DNA of 64,000 nucleotides from a virus: positions 14,144 through 78,143 of IMG/VR virus record IMGVR_UViG_3300023174_000138. The stretch is one strand, 5' to 3'. Positions 40,082 to 50,100 of the stretch are shown piece by piece. The stretch's first letter is position 1; each line of letters opens with the position of its first letter. Under the pieces are notes generated by a model. The model was not told where the DNA came from, did not search any database, and saw only the letters and a program-made list of their open reading frames with translations. The translations under genes and the position numbers were made by a program.

Positions 40082-42063
40082 GCAATTTTTTGTATCATAG
40101 CAAATACCACAGGACCAATCATCACACTCTACCTACACCTGGTTTACCAGATAGTGCAATAGATCCCATAGCGTCAGAAGCTGAACCATTTGTAGGGCCG
40201 TTTTATACATTTTTTATCGCCGATCAAGGTACAGTTCCATTAAACGTAAAATATATTTTAACTTATAACACCGATTACGTTACAACGTTTTCTAATCTTT
40301 CCGTAGCTACATTAGATAGTACATATTTAACATTAACAGCAAACGCCGTCACAAATAGCTATGATTGGTACCGGACTAGAACAAACATTCTCACATTGAG
40401 TACAGGCTATAGTCTGTACCCTTATCTTACCGGTACTGTTATATCATTAAGTGGTAGTTGGAATCTCGGATTTAGCAGTTATACGACACTCTGTGCTAAT
40501 AGTGGATTTTACGAATCTACTCGCACAACAGTTTTTATTAATAGCGCGGGCTGGCCATTTATTGATACAACATTAAGATTAAACATACCGCAGCAAAATA
40601 CAAAAAGTAAAAATTTTTCCTTACAGACAATTATTCCTAGTGATGCTGATATTTATTGGGATATAAACCTGCAACAGGTTGGCTTCGTACCATTGACACG
40701 GAATTCATTATTAAAAAATATTAATCCTTCTGATAAAAAGCGTGGTGGAGAATATTATCTTATAATACAGCAAGACGGCTATGGTGAAAAAAAGTTAGAT
40801 TTTGAAAGTGATTTTTCTCTACTAGCTTCTGAAATTGCACCGCAAATAAGTGAACAGCTAGTAGAGTTTTCAACTAATGAAATATGGACATCGGTTTACT
40901 ATGGCAGCGGTTCGTGGATTGCTGTGCCATATAATTCTAATAGGGCTTCACGTTCAGATGATGGCGGTGTTTCATGGTACGGTCTACCCTTGCCGGGTGT
41001 AAAAAATTGGAGATCAATTGTTTACGGTGCAAGTGCCTGGGTTACTATAGCTGACTCTTTTACAGGTGCAGCTGTTTCATATGATTATGGTACAACCTGG
41101 GAATATAAAGATTTACTCGCAGCAAGAAAATGGACTAGTATAGGTTATAATAATAACACTTTTATAGCTGTAGCCTCAGCATCTAATAAAGGTGTTAGAT
41201 CTGTAGACAGGGGTGTCACATGGGTTGAATTTGCTTTACCTTTTACGGCAGATTGGGCTTCAGTAAAATATGGCGACGGTAAGTGGATATCGGTTGCTGG
41301 AGGTGGCGTTGAAGGTAGTAACCCTACTAATCAGGGTGCAATTTCTTTAGATGACGGTCAAACGTGGGATGCATTTAATCTACCCTCTACTAGATTGTGG
41401 TCTGATATTGCATATGGTGAAGACTATTGGGTAGCAGTAGCTAAAAACTCTACATTTATTGCATTGTCTTCACCGCTTGAGGGTAATGGTCAATGGTTTG
41501 ACTATTACATGCCTGGTAGCCCAGGTCAAGGATTTTCCTCTGTTACATTCGGTAATGAAACTTTTGTTGCAGCAAGTTTAAACCCGACGCGGGCTATATA
41601 TACATCTGTTGATGGTAAAATTTGGAAATATAAAAATACTGTTTCTAAGATAATTTATAATGTAAATTATGGCGGTACGACATACGGAGGCAACTTTATG
41701 ATGGTCGGTAAGGACGGAGATGGTACAGTCACGTACAGTAATTATAAGATTGCTGCTTTTGACGCACCAGATTTATCTAGTACTATTAGTGTATTAACTG
41801 CAGCATATGGTGTCACTGTTATAAAATTTGTATGTGACGGGTATAGATACTACGGTATTCCAAGTGTCTATTACGTTTCCCGAGGATCAGTTTGGACATA
41901 TTTCGCCGGACCAGGTATTACACTTATTCCGAATCCGACTGATTTATTAAATGGCGAGGGTATGCTACCAGATGGAGGATTAACAGTTGCAGGTGCTGTA
42001 GTCGTAGATGAAGGTTTTACAGGCATTGAAGGTATTTCAGTTCTATCGGGTATGCCTGTATAA
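40078..42063 (+). CDS. Paralogue of the upstream gene with an inserted BNR-like beta-propeller
   Basis: YHSKYHRTNHH N-terminus; W.SV.YG.G.WIAV and S.D.G.TW repeats. Confidence 0.65.
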   Translation: MSNFLYHSKYHRTNHHTLPTPGLPDSAIDPIASEAEPFVGPFYTFFIADQGTVPLNVKYILTYNTDYVTTFSNLSVATLDSTYLTLTANAVTNSYDWYRTRTNILTLSTGYSLYPYLTGTVISLSGSWNLGFSSYTTLCANSGFYESTRTTVFINSAGWPFIDTTLRLNIPQQNTKSKNFSLQTIIPSDADIYWDINLQQVGFVPLTRNSLLKNINPSDKKRGGEYYLIIQQDGYGEKKLDFESDFSLLASEIAPQISEQLVEFSTNEIWTSVYYGSGSWIAVPYNSNRASRSDDGGVSWYGLPLPGVKNWRSIVYGASAWVTIADSFTGAAVSYDYGTTWEYKDLLAARKWTSIGYNNNTFIAVASASNKGVRSVDRGVTWVEFALPFTADWASVKYGDGKWISVAGGGVEGSNPTNQGAISLDDGQTWDAFNLPSTRLWSDIAYGEDYWVAVAKNSTFIALSSPLEGNGQWFDYYMPGSPGQGFSSVTFGNETFVAASLNPTRAIYTSVDGKIWKYKNTVSKIIYNVNYGGTTYGGNFMMVGKDGDGTVTYSNYKIAAFDAPDLSSTISVLTAAYGVTVIKFVCDGYRYYGIPSVYYVSRGSVWTYFAGPGITLIPNPTDLLNGEGMLPDGGLTVAGAVVVDEGFTGIEGISVLSGMPV

Positions 42064-42069
42064 TAAATA
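42063..42069 (+). promoter_or_regulatory. Late promoter for gp13
   Basis: ATAAATA 4 nt before ATG 42074. Confidence 0.75.
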
Positions 42070-42073
42070 ATAT

Positions 42074-43060
42074 ATGAACTGTAGCACTGTCGAACCTGTT
42101 AGCGCATTTTATAGTACAAACTTACAATCTAAGATTCAGAGTTATGAACGCTTAGGTGAAAGAATTTGCCGCGCGTTAGGGGCCCCGTTAATTAATTTAG
42201 AAATTCATGCAGATCAACTTAATGAATTTATAAGCATTGCCTGTGAGATGTTTACTAAGTACGCGGGCTATACGCAAGAATATCTTGTATTTGATAGTTC
42301 ATTATATGAACCTGGTAAGGGTCTTAGACTAGACGTACTTTTTAGTTTAACAAAAGATTTTAACTTTAGGGCAAAATTTAAAAATGTATCTAGTGATATT
42401 AAATCTCTTTACAACATAGGACGCATGGTTATAGGTGATGCAACAAGCCCTTATCTCTACCAGGTTTTTGATAATAGTCGCCCTAATGAATTAGAGCTTT
42501 TAAACAGCTATGATTATCTTATCGACGATTATAGAAGGGTTGTCGATGTACTAGATTTTGAGGAGGGCAGCACAACCGGGGTCAATACTTTATTCACAAT
42601 TGAGCAAAGCCTTGCACAGCAAACATATTTTAGTTATTCGTTGGGTAATTACGGCTTTGATTTAGTTAGTTGGTATGTCCTAAAGCAGTGGCTTGATACG
42701 AGAGAAAAAGTATTAGCACTGAGGAGAGATACCAGGTTTGATCAGCGCACACAATACTTACAATTGTTTCCTGAGCCTAGAGATACAAGATTTTGGGGAA
42801 TTGTAACGTGTTACGTCGAAAGATCATTGACCGATATTATTAAAGAGCAATGGGTTTATCAATACGCTCTTGCCCTTACAAAAATTGCAATCGGGACAAT
42901 TAGAGGTAAGTACCAAAATACACAATTGTTTGGCGGGGGTACAATTAATGCTGCAATACTTGAAGATGGTAAAGCAGAAAAAATTGAACTTGAAAAAAAG
43001 CTGTATGAAAGTGCGCCAGGACTTGGTGATGCAGCGCCGCCCGACTTTTTTGTAGGGTAA
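42074..43060 (+). CDS. gp13: Neck protein (T4 gp13-like)
   Basis: I.RALGAPLINLEI..DQL, WV.QYALAL.K...G.IRGKY...L.GG..IN and PPDFFVG motifs. Confidence 0.9.
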   Translation: MNCSTVEPVSAFYSTNLQSKIQSYERLGERICRALGAPLINLEIHADQLNEFISIACEMFTKYAGYTQEYLVFDSSLYEPGKGLRLDVLFSLTKDFNFRAKFKNVSSDIKSLYNIGRMVIGDATSPYLYQVFDNSRPNELELLNSYDYLIDDYRRVVDVLDFEEGSTTGVNTLFTIEQSLAQQTYFSYSLGNYGFDLVSWYVLKQWLDTREKVLALRRDTRFDQRTQYLQLFPEPRDTRFWGIVTCYVERSLTDIIKEQWVYQYALALTKIAIGTIRGKYQNTQLFGGGTINAAILEDGKAEKIELEKKLYESAPGLGDAAPPDFFVG

Positions 43061-43064
43061 CAAT

Positions 43065-43520
43065 TTGAAACTTACTATTAAAAATAATAAATTTGTGCAA
43101 GGTATTTTTAAACCAATGCACATGGAAAAATATAAGGGCCATGATTTACCTAGGTACCTAAGTAGTTGGGAGTTGAAATTGTTTCGTTGGTGTGATACAA
43201 ACCCTAATGTTCTAGAATGGGGTAGTGAAAGTATAGTCATACCTTATGAAAGCCCTATTGACGGAAAGGTTCACAGGTATATTGTCGATGCAGTTGTAAA
43301 ACTCAAGACATCGGAGGGGTTGAAAAAATATTTGATTGAGGTTAAGCCATATAAACAGACTATAGAGCCGCAAAATACCCCGGGCAAACAGAAGAAAACA
43401 CTAGTTTACGAGCAATTAACGTTTCTGCAAAATAAAGCTAAATGGCAAGCCGCTAAACACTTTGCTCAAAAACATGGCTTTGAATTCACAATTCTTACTG
43501 AAAAAGAGCTTAGAAAATAG
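43065..43520 (+). CDS. gp4: Head completion nuclease (T4 gp4-like, TnsA-N fold)
   Basis: G.FKP...EKY.G, SSWE..LF.WCD.NP.V.EWGSE, HRY.VD, IEVKP and N.AKW.AA motifs. Confidence 0.9.
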   Translation: MKLTIKNNKFVQGIFKPMHMEKYKGHDLPRYLSSWELKLFRWCDTNPNVLEWGSESIVIPYESPIDGKVHRYIVDAVVKLKTSEGLKKYLIEVKPYKQTIEPQNTPGKQKKTLVYEQLTFLQNKAKWQAAKHFAQKHGFEFTILTEKELRK

Positions 43521-43531
43521 TAAAATAAACA

Positions 43532-43538
43532 ATAAATA
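43532..43538 (+). promoter_or_regulatory. Late promoter for gp21
   Basis: ATAAATA 5 nt before ATG 43544. Confidence 0.75.
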
Positions 43539-43543
43539 ATATT

Positions 43544-44218
43544 ATGGCCTTACGTCTTTTAATAGAAACACCTGCACCAGATGATCAATACGAATACGTA
43601 ATTGAAGAAAAAAGCGGTAATCAGCCCAGCACAATGTATATTAAGGGCCCCTATATGCAGTGTGAAGAGGTTAACAAAAATAAGAGAATATATGATTCTA
43701 GTGAGATGGATAAAGAAGTTAACCGTTATATTTCTGAAATGGTCAAAACAAATAGATCAATGGGTGAATTAAATCATCCCACAGCTGCTGAGGTAAATCT
43801 TGAGCGTGCATGTCATTTAGTTACAGAGTTAAATCGCAGCGGAAATGTTTATTATGGTAAGTCGAAGGTGTTAACGACTCCTATGGGTCAAATTGTTAGA
43901 AGCCTCGTTAACGACGGTGTACGGGTTGGTATGAGTTCTCGTGCATTAGGAAAGCTTGAGGAATGTGGCAATGGCGTTAATAGAGTAAAAGAGTTTAGAC
44001 TTGTTGCTGTAGACTGTGTTGCTGATCCTAGTTTTCCAAAAGCTTTTGTAAACGGTATTCTTGAATCTAAACAATTTGTAGTAACACAAGATGGTAGGTT
44101 TGAAGAATTTTACGATGGCTTTTCTGGCACTTTAAAAAATCTTCCTAGAAAAGATGTTGAAGGTTATCTCAAGGAACAAATTTTAGAATTTTTTAATAAA
44201 ATTAGTAAAGTACTATGA
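43544..44218 (+). CDS. gp21: Prohead core protease (T4 gp21-like)
   Basis: NKNKRIY, GELNHP, GMSSRALG and VDCVADPS motifs. Confidence 0.95.
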   Translation: MALRLLIETPAPDDQYEYVIEEKSGNQPSTMYIKGPYMQCEEVNKNKRIYDSSEMDKEVNRYISEMVKTNRSMGELNHPTAAEVNLERACHLVTELNRSGNVYYGKSKVLTTPMGQIVRSLVNDGVRVGMSSRALGKLEECGNGVNRVKEFRLVAVDCVADPSFPKAFVNGILESKQFVVTQDGRFEEFYDGFSGTLKNLPRKDVEGYLKEQILEFFNKISKVL

Positions 44219-44613
44219 GTAACGAACTAAAAGAAATGGCACCAGTTGCTGTCATTGCTAGAGTTGTTCCTGCTGCGACTGCAGTCTCTAGAGCAAATAA
44301 TTTAGTCAATAGTCTAGCCGCTAAGTTAGCTAGTAAAACACAAAAGCCAGAAGCTAGTGAGCCTCACACCGATGAAGAGTGTTATGAAGATGAAACTGGT
44401 AATGTAAAAATGTGTAAAAAATGTGAAAAAGAATCCAGGAATCTTACAGGTAACTACAATAAATATAATATGCAAGAACGTGTTAATTTAGTCAAGTTTT
44501 TAAAGCAATTAAATGAAAAAAATTATGCCGAGGCCCATAAATATTTAAAGAAAGTTATGGAATCTAAACTCGTAAATCGTATTGCTAAAAACAAGAATGT
44601 GAGGTTGTTCTAA
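44215..44613 (+). CDS. Small prohead core protein (gp67/gp68-like); a nested 47-aa form starts at 44470
   Basis: Lies between protease and scaffold. Internal TAAATA 44460-44465 is followed 4 nt later by an in-frame ATG. Confidence 0.55.
   Translation: MSNELKEMAPVAVIARVVPAATAVSRANNLVNSLAAKLASKTQKPEASEPHTDEECYEDETGNVKMCKKCEKESRNLTGNYNKYNMQERVNLVKFLKQLNEKNYAEAHKYLKKVMESKLVNRIAKNKNVRLF
44459..44465 (+). promoter_or_regulatory. Internal late promoter driving core protein-gp22-gp23
   Basis: ATAAATA, 4 nt, then in-frame ATG 44470. Confidence 0.7.
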
Positions 44614-44614
44614 T

Positions 44615-45490
44615 ATGGCTAAAGATATTAAAGCTATTCTAAAGGAAGCCACACAGGATTTACTTTCTGAAGAAGTTCTAAAGGAAATTGAAGCTGCTTT
44701 TAATTCTGCTATTACAGAAAAAGTTCAGCTACATGTAACCAAGGCTTTAACCGAGCAAGATGAAGATTACAGTAAGAAGCTCGAGCATCTTCTCGGTGCT
44801 ATCGATGCTGATCATACAACTAAGCTAGAAAAGGTTGTTGAGGCCATCGATCAAAACCATTCCGAAAAATTAAAAGCGATCGTCAGTAAATACAGCGAGG
44901 CTTTGAGTAAAGAAGCTAAGACATTTAAGGATGCCACGATCAATAATATTAGTGCCTATCTAGAAGCTTATCTAGATGAAACAATACCTGCGCAAGATAT
45001 TAAAGATGCTGTTAAGAATCGCAAGGCTCTAGAAGTTCTAGACCAACTAAGATCAATTTTGGGTGTTGATGCCGCCCTAGCGAAAGAAAGTGTTCGCAAA
45101 GCCATCGTTGATGGAAAGCGTCAAATACAAGAAGCTTCTGAGAAGCTTGAAGCCGCTAATAAAGAATTAGCTAAGTTAAGGACAGATCTAGCATCTAAGA
45201 ATGCAGAACTTACCCTAGAGAAGAAGACAGTTGGTTTATCCGCTCGCAAGAAGGATTATATCAATAAAGTAATGAAAAGCAAGAGTGCTCAATTTATTAC
45301 AGAGAATATTGATTACGCCGTCAGTCTCTTCGATAAAACTGAAAAAGAGCGGCTTCAAAACATCAAAGAACAAGCAGTACAGGAATCTACGACAGCAACT
45401 GTCGATCGTCCTGTAGTTGAGGAAGAAGTAGAAGAGATTACTGAACAAGTAGTCATGAATCCTTACCTCAAAGAGCTTTCTAAGTACTAA
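44615..45490 (+). CDS. gp22: Prohead core scaffold protein (T4 gp22-like)
   Basis: E/K/A-rich coiled coil; I.AYLE.YLDE and C-terminal M..Y...L motifs; directly upstream of the major capsid gene. Confidence 0.85.
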   Translation: MAKDIKAILKEATQDLLSEEVLKEIEAAFNSAITEKVQLHVTKALTEQDEDYSKKLEHLLGAIDADHTTKLEKVVEAIDQNHSEKLKAIVSKYSEALSKEAKTFKDATINNISAYLEAYLDETIPAQDIKDAVKNRKALEVLDQLRSILGVDAALAKESVRKAIVDGKRQIQEASEKLEAANKELAKLRTDLASKNAELTLEKKTVGLSARKKDYINKVMKSKSAQFITENIDYAVSLFDKTEKERLQNIKEQAVQESTTATVDRPVVEEEVEEITEQVVMNPYLKELSKY

Positions 45491-45550
45491 TTTTAAAGAG
45501 GCGTTGAGCCTGAATTAATATTATAGATATTTTATCTATAGGTCGAAAAT

Positions 45551-45557
45551 TAAGGAG
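45551..45557 (+). promoter_or_regulatory. Strong Shine-Dalgarno sequence for the major capsid gene
   Basis: TAAGGAG 9 nt before ATG 45567. Confidence 0.8.
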
Positions 45558-45566
45558 AACAAATAC

Positions 45567-47036
45567 ATGAAATCAATCAGACCTACACAGTCTTACATTG
45601 ATGAGAGTCGTGCACAAGCGTTGCTCGAAAAGTGGAAACCAGTTCTAGATTATACCTCTGATAACGTTAAGGCTATCAATGACGATCATACTCGTTTAAA
45701 TACTGCCATGCTCTTGGAAAACCAAGAAGCCTGGTGTGTTAACGAGGCGAACGTTGCTGGTGGTACTTCCAGCGTTTTCGGTGGCGTTAATGCCGGTGCC
45801 TACGGTGGCGTCGGTGGTAACGTTCCCGGGGGTGGATCTGACTGGTACGCTTCTGGCGATGCCCGTTTGCCTAAGATTCTCATCCCAATGATTCGTCGTA
45901 CGTTCCCCGAGTTAATTACCAATGAAATTGTAGGTGTACAGCCTATGGGTGGCCCAGTTGGGCTAGCCTTTGCTCTACGCTACAAGTACGCTGCTACAGC
46001 TCTTGGCTATGATGCTCTCGGTAGAGGTCTAGACGCTTCCCTCGGAAGTGATCTAGGATCCCCTCAAACCGCCGCTAATGGCAGGGAGCTTGGCTATCAA
46101 TATCTCGATACCCGTTATACCGGTACATCCAGCGCCCGCCTTTCTGGCGGTAGTGGAGATGCCGCTTCTCTCTTCCCATTTGTGGATGCAGATAAGGGTG
46201 TTGCTCAACTTCTCAAAGAATTCGAATTGACGAGTAAAATCCCTCAAATCGAAGTTAGCTTTGAAAAGACAGCTGTTGAAGCCGGTACACGTAGATTAGC
46301 CGCTCGCTGGTCGGTTGAACTCGAACAGGATCTTAAGAACATGAACGGTATCGATATCGACACTGAGCTCACCAACGCTATGTCGTATGAGCTACAGGCC
46401 GAAATCGACCGTGAAATGATTATTCGTATGATCCAAGTCTCACTCAACGCCGGTCTCGGTGCTGGGTACTCCGTATGGAGCCCCGCTTCCGCTGACGGTC
46501 GTTGGTTGGTAGAGCGCAATCGCGACTTCTATCAGAGACTAATTATCGAGGCCAATCGTATCGCAGTCCGTAATCGTCGTGGTGCTGCCAACTTTATCGT
46601 TGCCACACCTCGCGTTTGCGCGATCCTCGAGATGCTACCTGAGTTTCAATGGGTACCAGTCCAAGGCAATGTCAACACTCAACCTGTTGGCGTAGCTAAG
46701 GTTGGTAACCTTGGTGGCAGATTCAACGTTTATCGTGACACTCGTACAGAAGCCCAATTTGAGGGTGGCTTACGTTCCGGTCAGAAGCGCGTTGAGTATG
46801 CTCTACTCGGGTACAAGGGTCCAGAGTTCTATGACACTGGTATCATCTACTGCCCTTACATCCCTGTAATGGTACAGAGAACCATCGGTCCTAATGACTT
46901 CTCGCCCCGTGTTGGCTTGCTAACACGTTACGGCGTTGTTGACAATATCTTTGGTGCTAATCTCTATTATCACACAATCCTATTGTCCGGACTCGGCGAA
47001 GCGTTTACACCTGCTGGTGCTAACGTTTACTTCTAA
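45567..47036 (+). CDS. gp23: Major capsid protein (T4 gp23-like)
   Basis: LLEKW.PVL, LLENQE, IRRTFP.LI..EIVGVQPM.GPVGLAFALR, ELEQDLK..NGID, YCPYIP and TRYG motifs. Confidence 0.98.
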   Translation: MKSIRPTQSYIDESRAQALLEKWKPVLDYTSDNVKAINDDHTRLNTAMLLENQEAWCVNEANVAGGTSSVFGGVNAGAYGGVGGNVPGGGSDWYASGDARLPKILIPMIRRTFPELITNEIVGVQPMGGPVGLAFALRYKYAATALGYDALGRGLDASLGSDLGSPQTAANGRELGYQYLDTRYTGTSSARLSGGSGDAASLFPFVDADKGVAQLLKEFELTSKIPQIEVSFEKTAVEAGTRRLAARWSVELEQDLKNMNGIDIDTELTNAMSYELQAEIDREMIIRMIQVSLNAGLGAGYSVWSPASADGRWLVERNRDFYQRLIIEANRIAVRNRRGAANFIVATPRVCAILEMLPEFQWVPVQGNVNTQPVGVAKVGNLGGRFNVYRDTRTEAQFEGGLRSGQKRVEYALLGYKGPEFYDTGIIYCPYIPVMVQRTIGPNDFSPRVGLLTRYGVVDNIFGANLYYHTILLSGLGEAFTPAGANVYF

Positions 47037-47083
47037 GCGAATCTAAAAAGAAAACTTTCACCTGGTACGTCCCAGGATATTTT

Positions 47084-47116
47084 AAAAGAGGGGTCCTTGT
47101 GGCCCCTCTTTTTTTT
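47084..47116. terminator. Intrinsic terminator after gp23, probably bidirectional between convergent units
   Basis: AAAAGAGGGGTC-CTTGT-GGCCCCTCTTTTTTTT. Confidence 0.9.
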
Positions 47117-47144
47117 GTTTTAATGCATAAAAAATAATTAACTA

Positions 47145-50100
47145 TTAAATAAGCCAGCCTTCAATTAATATAGAAGCTGAAAGTGTTGTAACTCCTGTAG
47201 CTGCAGGAGCAACTAATCTCAAAGCAATAACATCACCTGCATTGGTAATAATGTTATTTGTATTACCTGCAATATATGATCCATCTAGGATAGTGCCTGC
47301 TATGGAGGGTATATAGGCATTAGCTATACCGGTATTACTTTGAGTTGCGTCTACGAGCTTTAAAGTTGGCGCTACGGTTGTAGTTCCAGTTATGGCAGTA
47401 ATATAACCTCCAAATGTTTTACAAATAAACCTTCGTCCCGCGGGTACAGTAAATAGATTTGTATTTGTAGTTAGGGCACCAATTAAATTATAAGGCGAGT
47501 AGGAGATAGTAGTTAAAAGAGGATATGTTGTAAGTTGGTTTGCCGCAGCATTCCACCCAGCACTATTGGTATTTGTTGTTGTCCAGTCAGATGCCCAATC
47601 TTGACTACTCTTATGAGCATTAGTAGAAATTGTTCCGACTACAGTAAGTTTTTCATTAGGTGCTGTTGTGCCTATGCCAATATTACCTGCTGATGTTATA
47701 ATGAATATAGTAGAAGCATTACTTCCGCTAGTAACAGTAAACAAGTTAGATGCACTTGTGCTAGAGGATGCTGTTGTAATGGTTAAGCTGCCTTGCACTG
47801 AAGAATCTTTATATGATTTAAATCCTTGACCAAATGCAGCACCTCCTGCCACATCAAGATCATTTCCTATGACAGCATTTCTTATAATATATGCAGTATC
47901 TGTTGATAGCCCTCCTGCTTGTAATTGCTGTATATATGCTCCACCTAAATCAAGAACATTTATTCTATTATTAGCTCTATCAGCTAAATAGGCATATCTA
48001 CCTTGTATATCGAAATTACATGGCCAGGTAGAAGTGCCGCTATAGCTAGCTATGGATGCAACTAACCTAGGAGAAGATGGATTAGATACATCTATTTTAT
48101 GTAACCCAGCTAAATTAGAAAAATAAGCATAATTGCCTTGCAAAATAATGTTACTCAAATTTGTACTCCCTACAACAAAAGGTACAGGGATGTATGATGT
48201 AGTTGTACCGTTGTTTATTCCAAATTGATTATTAAAGTTCATGTAGAGGTACCTTCCTCTAACTATTGCACCATTTACTGCTCCTCCGGTAAAATAGAAC
48301 ATTTCAGCTGCAGGCTTACTTCTCGGATCAGATACATCCATTCTATATACCCCTGCAGTACCTGAGTACCCTCTAGCCCAGTACAAATATTTTCCTTGTA
48401 TTGTTAATCCGTTACTGTTTCCATTAGTACTCGTTTGTGTTATAAATATTTTTTCAGGCGCATATGGATTACTAATATCATACGCAATAATATACCCATC
48501 AACCGATGAGTTGTTAGTTAGAATAAATGCGTAGCTTCCTTGCACAACAACATCAAAAGCGTTTTGTGTCGTCCCTATGGTAGAGGTGCTTAGCAATTTA
48601 AAACTTGAGGGATTCTGAATTTCAAATATTTGAAATACACTACTTGATCCGTTACTAGTAACCACATAAGCATATTTGCCATTAACATACAGACCTTGTG
48701 GGTTAGAAGCGGTTGAAATCTTACCGGTACTAATTGGCGTGGTTTGTGTCAAGTCATAACTCATTAAAGACGCGTCACCGTAGTTTGTGACATACGCATA
48801 GTTACCTTGTATTTTAATATTAGATGTAGAAGAAGTGGCTGCAGCAGAAGCAGCAAACTTCATAGTACCTCTCACATCCACTGGTGCTACAGGTGCATTG
48901 GTATAAAAACCAGCATAACCTGATACAGGTTCAACATACATGCCAGTCATAGCAGATATAGGTGTTGTAGAGGTTATGCTACTAGGATTAGGACCTGCAT
49001 AAACACCACTTGCATAAGCAATGCCATTAGTGCTTAAAAAGCTTGTTACTGTAAAGCCGCCAAGACGAATATTATCTAACGTTTCATCAGCAATACGTCT
49101 GCCGGAGTATAATGCTCTATTAGTACCAGCATTTGCAAGAATTACAAATAAACCGTTACCGTATGCTGCAGCTTTGTATGTCTCAGCTTCTGTTCCTGTT
49201 TTAACCACCCATGTAATACCATCAAAAGAATACATCCACTTTGAACCTGAACTAGTAAGTGAGGCTGCAACAAACACTCCATCGCCATAAGCAACACTTT
49301 GCCAATTGCCTCCAGAAACGGCTCTAGAAGTCCATGTGATACCATCAGGTGAAGTCATTACACGACCACTTGTACCGGAACTTGCTACAGCGACAAATAT
49401 TCCATTGCCATAAGTAATACTATTCCATTGCTCTGATGCTGCAGCAGTTCTAATTGTCCAGGTGACGCCATCTGGTGACGTCATGACACGGTTTATCGCA
49501 GAAGGAGTGCCTGCAGTATTTGACACAGCAACATACAAACCATTGCCATATGTAACTGAGTTCCAGCTAGTAGCAGCTACAGCTACTGAAGTCCAGGTTA
49601 CACCATCTGGTGAGGTCATGACACGGCCATTGGCTACTGCCACAAACAAACCATTGCCATATGTAACACTGGTCCAGGCATATCCTTCAACAGTTCGCAC
49701 AGTCCAGTTAATGCCATCTGGAGAAGTCATTAAGCGGTTGCTGCCAGCATTAGCAACTGCTACAAACAAACCTCTGCCAAATGTCACGCTGGTCCAGTAA
49801 TTTGTAGTAATAGAACCACTATTCAATACCCAGTTTATACCGTCTCGTGAATATGCTATACCATAATCGATGGCTACAGCTACAAAAACTCCGTTACCAT
49901 ATGCTACACTATTCCATGCATAACTAGATGAAATAGAACCAGCGCTCCAATCTACACCTCGAATATAAGAGCTACTAGAAGCATTAGTAATTGTATAGAC
50001 TGATTCCCATTTACCGCTATTTGAATTGGTAGTGGTCCAGTTAGAATCGTACTTTGGAATATTATTATAAGCCGAATCCCAATTAGCACTATTAGTATTG

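Noticed and set aside
43065-43520. TnsA-like nuclease as a transposon or homing endonuclease
   Set aside because: Motifs and context (between gp13 and gp21) fit the T4 gp4 head completion protein, and no terminal repeats are visible.
47061-47076. CCTGG-TACGTC-CCAGG hairpin after gp23 as an ncRNA or tRNA
   Set aside because: It is only a 5-bp stem ahead of the terminator. No cloverleaf was seen here or elsewhere in the window.
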